This document shows, one piece after another, positions 7,594-16,175 of a stretch of DNA of 62,982 nucleotides. Numbering within the stretch: position 1 is the first letter of the stretch; every line of letters begins with the position of its first letter. This DNA comes from Candidatus Buchananbacteria bacterium (GTDB lineage: Bacteria; Patescibacteriota; Patescibacteriia; Buchananbacterales; UBA6539), in NCBI GenBank assembly GCA_041663485.1, contig JBAYMO010000002.1, positions 1-62,982 on the forward strand, in the 5' to 3' direction. The notes under the pieces were generated by a model. It did not search any database. It saw nothing but the letters and a program-made list of their open reading frames with translations, and had not been told where the DNA came from. Both the position numbers and the translations under genes were made by a program.

Positions 7594-8463
7594 ATGACAA
7601 ACACTATGGATATTCAGGAAAATATTGACTTAATAAAAAACCATAAAACTGTGGCCCTACTAGCACCAACTTTTGCGCTTGATTTTGAATTTCCCAATAT
7701 CATTGGCATGCTAAAACATCTTGGTTTTTCCCAAGTGACCGAACTAACCTATGGGGCGAGAATGGTTAATTGGGCTTATGCCGATTATATTAAAGATCAT
7801 TCAGACCAAAAATTATTCATATCTTCACCTTGCCCGACCGTAGTGATGTTTATTAAATCCCAATACCCCGACATGGTTAAATACTTAGTGCCAATCGTCT
7901 CGCCCTTGGCCGCGATGGCAAAAATTTATAAAAAATATTATCCCGACCATAAAGTAGTTTTTATCTCGCCCTGTTTAGCTAAAAAAAATATTGAGGCTCC
8001 TAAATTTAAAGAATACATTGACGCCGTTATTACCCTAAAAGAATTAAAAGAAATCTTTGACTCGCAAAAAATCACCAAACAGGATTTCACAAAAGACTAT
8101 TATTTTGATTTTTTAGTCAGTGAATATACTAAAATTTATCCTGTTTCCGGCGGCCTGGCCGCGACTTCTCACTTAAACCAGCTGTTTCAGGCAGGTGAAA
8201 TTTTGGTTACCGACGGCGTGGTAAATATCAAAAAGGCTTTAGATGATTTTAAGGCTGGCCAAAGCCAGTATCGTTTTATGGATTTATTAAATTGCTCCGG
8301 CGGCTGCATCGGCGGGCCAGCAATCAACAATCAAAATTTACCTCTAGAAAAGAAAAAAGAAATAATCAACGAATACATTAAAACTTCATCAGCTTTGAAT
8401 ATGGGGGAGCACAAAGGCAAAATTGATCACGCCGAGGGGATTGATTTTAATACTACTTTTTAG
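7594..8463 (+). CDS. [FeFe]-hydrogenase large-subunit C-terminal (H-cluster) domain-like protein, short form
   Basis: Three H-cluster-type motifs: SSPCPTVV, ISPCLAKKNIE and LNCSGGCIGGP. No ferredoxin-like N-terminal domains. Confidence 0.7.
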   Translation: MTNTMDIQENIDLIKNHKTVALLAPTFALDFEFPNIIGMLKHLGFSQVTELTYGARMVNWAYADYIKDHSDQKLFISSPCPTVVMFIKSQYPDMVKYLVPIVSPLAAMAKIYKKYYPDHKVVFISPCLAKKNIEAPKFKEYIDAVITLKELKEIFDSQKITKQDFTKDYYFDFLVSEYTKIYPVSGGLAATSHLNQLFQAGEILVTDGVVNIKKALDDFKAGQSQYRFMDLLNCSGGCIGGPAINNQNLPLEKKKEIINEYIKTSSALNMGEHKGKIDHAEGIDFNTTF

Positions 8464-8520
8464 ACTATCAATAAAAAATTATTTTAATAATCAAAATGAA
8501 TTACTCATAAGTATAAATTT

Positions 8521-8736
8521 ATGGAAGACATCCAAATTATGTTTGGGTTTATCAAAAACCTGGTTTGGGGCTTGGTATCAGAGGGAATCTTGGCTATTAT
8601 CGCCGGTGTTTTGGTGTTTGTTTATCCGGATTTATTGGGCATGTTAGTTGGAGCTCTTTTAGTCCTAGCGGGCGTTATTAGCTTGGCTTTGGCCCTTAAG
8701 GCCAATGGCTACTCAAAAATGAAAATTAAACTCTAG
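8521..8736 (+). CDS. Small membrane protein (2 TM)
   Basis: 71 aa with two hydrophobic helices. A terminator-like hairpin GTTCCGTCTTGGCGGAAC follows. Confidence 0.55.
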   Translation: MEDIQIMFGFIKNLVWGLVSEGILAIIAGVLVFVYPDLLGMLVGALLVLAGVISLALALKANGYSKMKIKL

Positions 8737-8819
8737 TCAATTGTTAGAGAGGCTTAAAAAATAGTTCCGTCTTGGCGGAACTATTTTTTAAAATGTTTTT
8801 TTGATATAATCAAAACAAT

Positions 8820-9557
8820 ATGTCTATATCAACTCTATACAATCAGAATGATTCATTTTCTCGAGACGCTCGGCTATCTAAAATTTTATGGTTAATTGAA
8901 GATGAACTCAAAAATGAAAAAAAATGCGACATTCTTGATGTTGGCTGCGGCGATGGAAAAATTGGCGGCGAACTGGTAAAAATGGGACACCGAGTGGCTG
9001 GCGTTGATGTTTCGAAAAAAGGAATTACTGAAGCCAGGGACAAAGGCATGGACGCGACCCTTAGCCAGATTGAGGAATTTGATACGGAAAAAAAATACGA
9101 CCTGATTATTATGACCGATATTTTAGAGCATCTTTTTGAACCGCTAGATGCTTTAAAAAAAGCAAAAAAATGGTTAAGACTTGACGGTAAAATGGCCATT
9201 AATTTTCCCAATCATTTTGATCTGCGCAATAGATTCAGAATGTTTTTAGGACGTTCTATTGTTCATTGGGATCATAACAATTTAGAAGCCTGGGACTACC
9301 AGCACATTCGATTTCTTACCCTGACTGAATTGAGAAAAATGGTGGGGTTGGCTGGATTTTATATAGAAAAGGAACAGTTCAATTTTATGGGCGGGGGAAT
9401 ATTACCGGTAAAAATTACTCCGTCATTTCTACGATATTTTTTGGTCAGAATCTGGCCATCAATTTTTTCCGGAAAATTCAGTCTCTTGCTCGCACCGAAT
9501 AAAACAGGGGACATAACGGCCAAAAAATATTTTACCAAGACGCTCAAAGGTATGTAA
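8820..9557 (+). CDS. Class I SAM-dependent methyltransferase
   Basis: Motif I ILDVGCGDGKIG and post-I acidic VAGVD. DLIIMTDILEHL is typical of Methyltransf_11/23-type enzymes. Confidence 0.85.
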   Translation: MSISTLYNQNDSFSRDARLSKILWLIEDELKNEKKCDILDVGCGDGKIGGELVKMGHRVAGVDVSKKGITEARDKGMDATLSQIEEFDTEKKYDLIIMTDILEHLFEPLDALKKAKKWLRLDGKMAINFPNHFDLRNRFRMFLGRSIVHWDHNNLEAWDYQHIRFLTLTELRKMVGLAGFYIEKEQFNFMGGGILPVKITPSFLRYFLVRIWPSIFSGKFSLLLAPNKTGDITAKKYFTKTLKGM

Positions 9558-9629
9558 AAAAAATAAAGGGAGTGAAAGGTCCGCCACCACCGACTGTTGT
9601 ACATCGCCTACTTCTATAATTTACATCAA

Positions 9630-9658
9630 TTGACTTTTTGGCTAAATCATGATAAAAT
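9630..9658 (+). promoter_or_regulatory. Sigma70-like promoter TTGACT-N17-TAAAAT
   Basis: TTGACT 9630-9635, TAAAAT 9653-9658, upstream of the small zinc-ribbon ORF. Confidence 0.5.
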
Positions 9659-9690
9659 TTTAATGCTCTTACTCAGTAACTTTATAAAGT

Positions 9691-9873
9691 ATGGGAGTAC
9701 TACCAACCGCCAAATCGGCCAAAGGCAGAAAATTTATGACCGGCGATTCAAGATATTGCCAAAATTGTGGAAAAGAATCTTACGTGCTGCTGGAAATTAT
9801 TCAAGACGAAAAGTTAAAGAATAAATTGCAATATTGTCAAAAATGTTTTGATCGAAAAATGGGTAAGTCATAA
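9691..9873 (+). CDS. Small zinc-ribbon protein (start may be the ATG at 9736)
   Basis: CQNC...CQKC pair of CxxC motifs. Has its own promoter and is followed by the terminator at 9906-9937. Confidence 0.45.
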   Translation: MGVLPTAKSAKGRKFMTGDSRYCQNCGKESYVLLEIIQDEKLKNKLQYCQKCFDRKMGKS

Positions 9874-9905
9874 AATAAAATTTATTTACTCACCTGGGGC
9901 ATATA

Positions 9906-9937
9906 GCAAAAAACTCCGATAGCTCGGAGTTTTTTGC
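9906..9937. terminator. Bidirectional intrinsic terminator
   Basis: GCAAAAAACTCCGA-TAGC-TCGGAGTTTTTTGC is a perfect extended hairpin between convergent genes. Confidence 0.8.
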
Positions 9938-9953
9938 TATATATTTATCCAAT

Positions 9954-10817
9954 CTATTTTTCTCCGCGGAATAACGGCACGCCAGCCATATCGCCGATCA
10001 CATTAACCAATTCAGAGTTGGAATTGACAACAATTTTCGAATTGTTAATCAATGATTTTTCAACGGCTTCAATTTTTCTTAAAATTTGGGCGTTACCTTT
10101 AAAATATTTTTCCGCCGATTCATTAACCAACTGAATAGCCTCAGCCTGGCCTTGAGCTTCCAAAATTTTTGCTTGTCTAATGCCTTCGGCTTTTTTAATA
10201 GACGCGCGTTTTTCGCCGTCCGCTTGGGTTTCTACCGCGTTGGCAAAGTCCACGGCCGCAATTTTTTCGTTTTCGGCTTTAACCACTTTATTCATGGTCT
10301 CCTGCACATCTTTAGGTGGATCGATTTCCTTAAGTTCCGCCCGAACAATATCAATACCCCAGGTTTTAGTTTCAGTGGCTAAAGTTTTTAGCAGTTCAGA
10401 ATTAATTTTATCGCGCTCAGAATTGGCGGACTTTAAAGTCAAAGTACCGATAATGTTTCTCAAAGTGGTTCTGGCCAAGCTGACAATTTGGGATTTATAA
10501 TTCCCCACATTATACTGACAATTCTTGATACTTTCTTCATCGTTTTTAACTTTAAAATAAATCTGAGCGTCAACTCGGGCGTTTAAATTATCGTTGGTAA
10601 TAATTTCTTGCGGTTCGGCGTCAACCATTTGTTCGGTAATATTAATTCGGTAAGTCTTTTCCACCAAAGGAATGCACCAATGCAAGCCCGGTTGCGAAAA
10701 TCGGTTGTACTTGCCAAAACGCTCTACTAAAATTCTCTCAATCGGACGAACGACATAAAACCCCTTGATCGCCGCCAAGGCTACAATAATGCCAAGAATA
10801 ACTAAAATTTGAGGCAT
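9954..10817 (-). CDS. SPFH/band-7 (stomatin/prohibitin-like) membrane protein
   Basis: N-terminal TM followed by a YVVRPIERILVERFGKY..TNDNL..DAQIYF..RNIIG.. SPFH core and a coiled-coil tail. Confidence 0.88.
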   Translation of the reverse strand: MPQILVILGIIVALAAIKGFYVVRPIERILVERFGKYNRFSQPGLHWCIPLVEKTYRINITEQMVDAEPQEIITNDNLNARVDAQIYFKVKNDEESIKNCQYNVGNYKSQIVSLARTTLRNIIGTLTLKSANSERDKINSELLKTLATETKTWGIDIVRAELKEIDPPKDVQETMNKVVKAENEKIAAVDFANAVETQADGEKRASIKKAEGIRQAKILEAQGQAEAIQLVNESAEKYFKGNAQILRKIEAVEKSLINNSKIVVNSNSELVNVIGDMAGVPLFRGEK

Positions 10818-10838
10818 AGTTTTTAATTATTAATTAGT

Positions 10839-10867
10839 CTGTCTATATTTTAGCAGAATATAGACAG
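10839..10867. promoter_or_regulatory. Perfect 10-N9-10 inverted repeat CTGTCTATAT-N9-ATATAGACAG in a divergent intergenic region
   Basis: Arms at 10839-10848 and 10858-10867, 22 nt upstream of the SPFH start codon (minus strand). Confidence 0.4.
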
Positions 10868-11000
10868 TTTTCAAGACGGATATATTATCCTATTATTAAA
10901 GACAAATTTTTGTTATAATTGATACGGCCAAAAAATTAATTTAGATTACATAATGTTTGGCTAACTGAACCTTAATTTTAAAAAAATTAAATATAATAAT

Positions 11001-11309
11001 ATGGAAAATGAAATCAAAAAAATCCAAGTTTTAGGCTCCGGCTGTCCGACCTGCAAAAAACTACTTGAGTCGGCGCAAAAAGCCGTCAATGACTTAAGAA
11101 TTGATGTCAAAATCGACTACGTGAATGATTATCAGGAGATTATGAAGTCCGGGATTATGTCTCTGCCGGCACTGACCATCAATGACCAGATAATTTCGGC
11201 TGGAAACTTGCCCAACACCGAAAAAATCAAAGAATTAATTAGCAATTATCAAGCCGGCAAATCAACCCCGACATCAAAATGTGGTTGTTCGGGCTGCGGC
11301 TCTTGTTAA
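11001..11309 (+). CDS. Thioredoxin-fold 'redox-active disulfide protein 2'-type protein with Cys-rich tail
   Basis: IQVLGSGCPTCKKL CxxC motif and LPALTIND. C-terminal KCGCSGCGSC. Confidence 0.8.
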   Translation: MENEIKKIQVLGSGCPTCKKLLESAQKAVNDLRIDVKIDYVNDYQEIMKSGIMSLPALTINDQIISAGNLPNTEKIKELISNYQAGKSTPTSKCGCSGCGSC

Positions 11310-11312
11310 ATT

Positions 11313-12287
11313 ATGGATATTGTCTTTTACCCAATAAAATTTTTTGCTGACTTTTTAACGTATTCGGTTTTCAAAATTACCGCCCATACACTTTTGGGCG
11401 AGGCTGTTAATTTTTTTATTTTTGATACCGTAAAAATATTTATTCTGCTTGGGGTAATTATTTTTTTGATTTCTTTGGTTAGAACTTATTTGCCACCGGA
11501 AAAAATCAGAGCCGTGCTAATCAAAAAAAATATTTTTTTCAGTCACATTCTGGCCGCTTTGTTTGGCATTATTACGCCATTTTGTACCTGCTCCGCCATT
11601 CCTTTATTTTTAGGCTTTGTTCAAGCCGGCATTCCCTTGGGCGTAACATTTTCTTTTCTGGTGGCTTCGCCCATGATTAATGAAGTGGCTTTAATCCTGC
11701 TTTTTGGCATGTTCGGATATAAAATAGCTTTATTGTATATTGTCAGCGGTTTAATTATTGCCATTATTTCCGGCATAATTATCGGCCGGCTAAAAGTAGA
11801 AAATTTAGTGGCTGACTTTGTCTGGCAAAACCAAACTAAAAATGCGAATTTTCACGGCCAAACAATGACTAAAAAAGAAAGAATGGCTTATGCTAAAGAC
11901 TACACCAAAGAAATCATAATAAAGGTTTGGCCCTACATTATAATCGGTATTGGCGTCGGCGCCTGGATCCATGGATACATTCCCGCCGATTTTTTGGCCC
12001 AATACGCCGGAGCTGATAAATGGTATGCCGTGCCTTTGGCGGTAATTATTGGCATACCGCTTTATTCAAATGCCGCTGGCATTATCCCTCTAGTCAGTGC
12101 CTTGACTGAAAAAGGCGTGGCCACTGGTACCACCCTGGCCTTTATGATGGCCGTAACCGCCCTATCCCTGCCTGAATTTATGATTTTAAAAAAGGTTATG
12201 AAAATAAAATTAATTTTAATCTTTGCCGGCATCGTCGGCTTCGGTATTATTTTAACCGGATATTTATTTAATTTTATTCTCAAATAA
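11313..12287 (+). CDS. Permease of the DUF318/ArsP-like family
   Basis: Polytopic protein. TPFCTCSAIPL is the characteristic vicinal-Cys motif of this permease family. Commonly paired with the small thioredoxin-fold gene. Confidence 0.75.
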   Translation: MDIVFYPIKFFADFLTYSVFKITAHTLLGEAVNFFIFDTVKIFILLGVIIFLISLVRTYLPPEKIRAVLIKKNIFFSHILAALFGIITPFCTCSAIPLFLGFVQAGIPLGVTFSFLVASPMINEVALILLFGMFGYKIALLYIVSGLIIAIISGIIIGRLKVENLVADFVWQNQTKNANFHGQTMTKKERMAYAKDYTKEIIIKVWPYIIIGIGVGAWIHGYIPADFLAQYAGADKWYAVPLAVIIGIPLYSNAAGIIPLVSALTEKGVATGTTLAFMMAVTALSLPEFMILKKVMKIKLILIFAGIVGFGIILTGYLFNFILK

Positions 12288-12301
12288 TTAAATTCTGTGC
12301 A

Positions 12302-12330
12302 TTGTCGACTTCAAGCGTTTGGAGTATAAT
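12302..12330 (+). promoter_or_regulatory. Sigma70-like promoter TTGTCG-N17-TATAAT, -10 ends 6 nt before the ATG
   Basis: TATAAT 12325-12330; ATG 12337. Confidence 0.5.
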
Positions 12331-12336
12331 TTAAAT

Positions 12337-13554
12337 ATGAATAATCGTATTATTAAGACAATTTTGTTTGTTCTGATTTTTTTTATTTTCACTCAGCCAG
12401 CCAGCGCGGCCGAGGTATCGTTAGCCAAAAAAATGTCAGGGAAATTTCTCCTTCAAGTCCAAAGTTATGGCCGAATTTGGTATGTTTATCCTAAAACCAA
12501 CCAAAGATATTACTTAAAATCTGGAGCCATGGCCTTAGACACGCTTAAATCTCTTAGTTTGAGCCTGGCGCCAATTGATTTACAAAAGATTCCGATCAAG
12601 CAAGGAGATAAAGCTGACACTAAAATGGTCAATCGTCTCAAAGGATACGTGCTTCGACCAACTAACCAAGAGGATATATTTTGGTACGTTAATCCAGCGA
12701 ATGGATTAAGATACAGTTTTACCAACAGCCAAGAATTAGCCAAGATTTTGAGTCAATGCAGCCTCGGTATAAAAGACATTCAGTTAAGAAAGATTCCAAT
12801 GAATTCAGAACAATTAGTTTTTGACACAACTTTTAACGATGTGGCCTATGTGCGCTACGATGGAATTACTTTTGATAAAAAATACAACGCGGATAAAATC
12901 TTACCGCCGGCCTCAATGACAAAATTAATGACCGCCCTGGTTTTGCTTGATCAAAATTTTGATTTTTCCAAAAAAATCATAATTAATGAAAATGAAATCA
13001 ATTACCCTGGAATTTATTCCGGCGGCGATAAAACCAGCGAAATCAATTTCGCCGTTGGCGATCAAATGACAGGCCAAGATTTATTTGTGGCTATGCTGGT
13101 CTCTTCTTCAAATCAGGCAGCGATTACTTTAGCCGATGCGACCGGCCTGGGTCGCCAGGAATTTGTAGAAAAAATGAATCAAAAGGCCAAAGATCTCGGT
13201 TTAAAAAAGACCATTTTTTATGATGTCAGTGGCTTAGATCCGCACAATGTTACTACGCCCAAGGAAATGGCCTTAATCGCCTCAGCGGCTTTTGCTCAGT
13301 CAAAAATTGCCGACACCACAATTACCCAGAAATATCAAATCAAAGCATTGGATATTAATGACAATTTAAAAAACATTGCCGTGATAAATCGCAATCAAAG
13401 TCTACTGCAATACAATCCCGACGGCGTCAAAACCGGATTTTTGGTGGAAGCCCAAAGAACCGTCTCTTTAAAAAAAGGAAATAATATTATCGTGGTTATG
13501 CACGCCATGAGCTTGGGTCAAAAAAATAAAATTATCAAATCGTTGATCAATTAG
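12337..13554 (+). CDS. Serine-type D-Ala-D-Ala carboxypeptidase (peptidase S11-like) with N-terminal extra domain
   Basis: Signal peptide. SxxK (ASMTKLM), SxN (SSSNQA) and KTG (VKTGF) motifs. ATG at 12337 preferred to the TTG at 12319. Confidence 0.85.
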   Translation: MNNRIIKTILFVLIFFIFTQPASAAEVSLAKKMSGKFLLQVQSYGRIWYVYPKTNQRYYLKSGAMALDTLKSLSLSLAPIDLQKIPIKQGDKADTKMVNRLKGYVLRPTNQEDIFWYVNPANGLRYSFTNSQELAKILSQCSLGIKDIQLRKIPMNSEQLVFDTTFNDVAYVRYDGITFDKKYNADKILPPASMTKLMTALVLLDQNFDFSKKIIINENEINYPGIYSGGDKTSEINFAVGDQMTGQDLFVAMLVSSSNQAAITLADATGLGRQEFVEKMNQKAKDLGLKKTIFYDVSGLDPHNVTTPKEMALIASAAFAQSKIADTTITQKYQIKALDINDNLKNIAVINRNQSLLQYNPDGVKTGFLVEAQRTVSLKKGNNIIVVMHAMSLGQKNKIIKSLIN

Positions 13555-13608
13555 GCTAGAGATTAAATATCGTTATTAAAAACGCTAATCAAACAGCCAC
13601 ATAAAATT

Positions 13609-14427
13609 ATGCCACATAAAAAACAAAAAATTGGTTTAGCCTTGGGTAGTGGCGGAGTCAAGGGTCTATCACATATTGGCGTGATAAAAGTTTTAGAAAA
13701 AAATAACATTCCCATTGATTTTATTGCCGGTGTCAGCATCGGCGCGTTAATTGGCGCTTATTACGCAGCCTACAAAGATGTGATAAGAATGGAAAAAACC
13801 GCCTTGGCCAGCAATTGGAAAACCGCTTTTTATCTTTTGGATCCGGCGTGGCGCGGAGCTTTGATTAAAGGCACCAAGGTCGAATCATTAATTCAAGATT
13901 GGCTCGAAGATAAAAAATTTTCTTCTTTAAAAATTCCGCTCACCGTTATTGCCACGGATCTGAACTCAGGTCAGGAAGTAGACATTTCTGACGGTGATTT
14001 ATTCAAAGCGATACGCGCCAGCCTTTCGGTACCGGTCGTGTTTCGCCCGATTGAAATTAACGGCATGCTTTTATCTGATGGCGGTCTGTCCAATCCTTTA
14101 CCTGATGATACCGTGAGAAAAATGGGCGCCGATAAAGTCATCACGGTCAGTTTGGATTCGGGCAAATTCGATCAAAATGATTCGACATTATTGAAAAACC
14201 CATCAATTACCAAAATCTCCATTCGCGCCCTAAATATTTTACGCTACCATTTGGCTCAAAAAAGCCTGAATTCCAGTGATGTTTTAATTGAACCGAAAGT
14301 AACAGAAATTGGTTTGGTCGGCTGGAACAAGTTTTTTGATAATCATCAAGTCAGCCAACTAATTAAAGCCGGAGAAGATGCGGCCATAGCGGCTTTGCCA
14401 AAAATTAAAAAATTATTAAATAATTAA
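13609..14427 (+). CDS. Patatin-like phospholipase
   Basis: Oxyanion GSGGVKG, nucleophile elbow GVSIGA, and DGG (SDGGLSN) catalytic Asp motif. Confidence 0.9.
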   Translation: MPHKKQKIGLALGSGGVKGLSHIGVIKVLEKNNIPIDFIAGVSIGALIGAYYAAYKDVIRMEKTALASNWKTAFYLLDPAWRGALIKGTKVESLIQDWLEDKKFSSLKIPLTVIATDLNSGQEVDISDGDLFKAIRASLSVPVVFRPIEINGMLLSDGGLSNPLPDDTVRKMGADKVITVSLDSGKFDQNDSTLLKNPSITKISIRALNILRYHLAQKSLNSSDVLIEPKVTEIGLVGWNKFFDNHQVSQLIKAGEDAAIAALPKIKKLLNN

Positions 14428-14431
14428 TTTT

Positions 14432-15010
14432 ATGAAAAAAACCATTCTTATGTCAGCGGCTCTGGTCCTACTCCTCAGCGGCTGCCTTGGTTCACAAAAA
14501 ACTATGACCGAGCAAAAAAATGATTTGCCAAAATTCAACCAAGCCATAATAAAAACCAATCTCGGCGACATTACCGTTGAATTTTTTGGTCAAGATGCCC
14601 CTAAAACTGTACAAAACTTTATTGATCTTGCCGCAAAAGGCTTTTACGATCAAACCAGGTTTCACCGAGTGATTAAGGATTTTATGATTCAGGGTGGCGA
14701 TCCAAATTCTAAGAATGATAACAAAGCACTTTGGGGTTTTGGCACACCCGGCTACAAATTTGACGACGAAATCAACAGTCACAAGCTGGTTAAAGGTGCT
14801 TTAGCTATGGCTAATTCAGGAGCCAATAGCAATGGCAGCCAATTTTTTATTGTTACCGCCGAGGCTACACCTTGGCTGGACGGTAAACATACTTGTTTTG
14901 GCCAAGTTACCAGTGGCCTTGACGTCGTTGAAAAGATTGAGAATCTGCCCACTGATTCGGCCGATCATCCGACAACCGATGTAGTAGTGGAAAAAATTGA
15001 ATTAAAATAA
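14432..15010 (+). CDS. Cyclophilin-type peptidyl-prolyl isomerase, lipoprotein
   Basis: Lipobox LLSGC. FHRVIKDFMIQGGDP and SNGSQFFI are cyclophilin signatures. Confidence 0.92.
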   Translation: MKKTILMSAALVLLLSGCLGSQKTMTEQKNDLPKFNQAIIKTNLGDITVEFFGQDAPKTVQNFIDLAAKGFYDQTRFHRVIKDFMIQGGDPNSKNDNKALWGFGTPGYKFDDEINSHKLVKGALAMANSGANSNGSQFFIVTAEATPWLDGKHTCFGQVTSGLDVVEKIENLPTDSADHPTTDVVVEKIELK

Positions 15011-15020
15011 TTGCTTAATT

Positions 15021-15057
15021 AAAAAGATTGTTCCACTAGTTGGGACAATTTTTTTAA
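15021..15057 (+). terminator. Intrinsic terminator
   Basis: ATTGTTCCA-CTAGT-TGGGACAAT stem followed by a T-run. Confidence 0.7.
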
Positions 15058-15140
15058 TTGATTTTATTTCTACACTTTTTATGTTATAATATATTTGTAT
15101 TTTTAGAATTTATTATGGTAAGTAGCGCCAAAATAATACT

Positions 15141-15749
15141 ATGTTTAAAAATAAAATCAGGGAATTACCCTTGAGCGAGGGGGAAAAAATAGTCGGAGTA
15201 ATACATCAAGGAAAAATTTTACTTTATTTGAAACTTTCTATTCCCTCAGCAATTATTATTTTGACATTCTTTTTTCTTTTTTTTCTTTTTAGTCTGGGTG
15301 ATAAAGGTATATTACTGTTTTTTGCCCTCCTGGCCTTTGGTTTGATTTTGTTCGCCAGAATTTATTACATCTGGAATAACCGTATTTTAGTTATAACTAA
15401 TCAGAAGTTGATTGACATTGATCAAAAAGGTGTACGCCAACGGGTGGTTTCAAATATTTTATTGGACAAAATTGCCGATGTTTATTATCAAACCAAAGGA
15501 TTTTGGCAAATTATTAACCGATTGGGGACAATTTATATTTCCTTAAATGACGACAAATCCGGGTTTGAATTTAAAAACTTGACCTCACCTCAAAAAATTC
15601 AGCAGCAAATTCTTCGGCTTAAGGCGGATTTAGTTAATGACAAAACCACAAAATCCGACCAAACGGTTAAAGAGTTGACTGACCGTCTCAATAAACTTAA
15701 GGCTTATCTGGGCGAAGAAAAGTTTAACGTCATTGTCGGCCAAGATTAA
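15141..15749 (+). CDS. Hypothetical membrane protein (possibly bacterial PH-domain, YdbS/T-like)
   Basis: Two central TM helices flanked by soluble segments. The family assignment is tentative. Confidence 0.5.
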   Translation: MFKNKIRELPLSEGEKIVGVIHQGKILLYLKLSIPSAIIILTFFFLFFLFSLGDKGILLFFALLAFGLILFARIYYIWNNRILVITNQKLIDIDQKGVRQRVVSNILLDKIADVYYQTKGFWQIINRLGTIYISLNDDKSGFEFKNLTSPQKIQQQILRLKADLVNDKTTKSDQTVKELTDRLNKLKAYLGEEKFNVIVGQD

Positions 15750-15765
15750 AAAATAACCAGCCAAA

Positions 15766-16173
15766 ATGATTGGTAGCCCGCATCACTATAATCAACCGAA
15801 AAATAAAGGAAAAAAAATTATAGTTTCCTTAATTTTAATTATAGTTGTTATTTTTCTTGCTTTTAATTTAGTCAGTACTTGGCAAAAAAATCACGAGATT
15901 AACCAAGAAATTGACGGGCTGCAAACACAAATCTCTACCATTCAAACGGATAATCTAAAGCTGAATGAACTAATTGGATATTTTAATTCTAATGCCTATA
16001 TCGAAGAAAAAGCCCGCGTTGATCTTGGCTTTAAAAAGGAAGGGGAAAAAGTTGTCATGGTGCCCGAATCAATGAAAAATGACCTTTTAGCTCAGGAAAA
16101 AAATGCCGCGGGCGAAAAGAATCTTGAGGAACTTTCCAATCCAAAAAAATGGTGGAGGTATTTTTTTAAATAA
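15766..16173 (+). CDS. Septum formation initiator (FtsB/DivIC-like)
   Basis: N-terminal TM followed by a coiled coil (EIDGLQTQISTIQTDNLKLNELI..YIEEKARVDLG). Confidence 0.7.
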   Translation: MIGSPHHYNQPKNKGKKIIVSLILIIVVIFLAFNLVSTWQKNHEINQEIDGLQTQISTIQTDNLKLNELIGYFNSNAYIEEKARVDLGFKKEGEKVVMVPESMKNDLLAQEKNAAGEKNLEELSNPKKWWRYFFK

Positions 16174-16175
16174 TT

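Noticed and set aside
12314-12326. Identical 13-mer AGCGTTTGGAGTA in two promoter spacers (12314-12326 and 37293-37305), considered as a shared regulator site
   Set aside because: There are only two copies. The 13-mer overlaps the spacer/-10 junction, where composition is constrained, and there is no palindromic structure. The evidence for an operator is insufficient.
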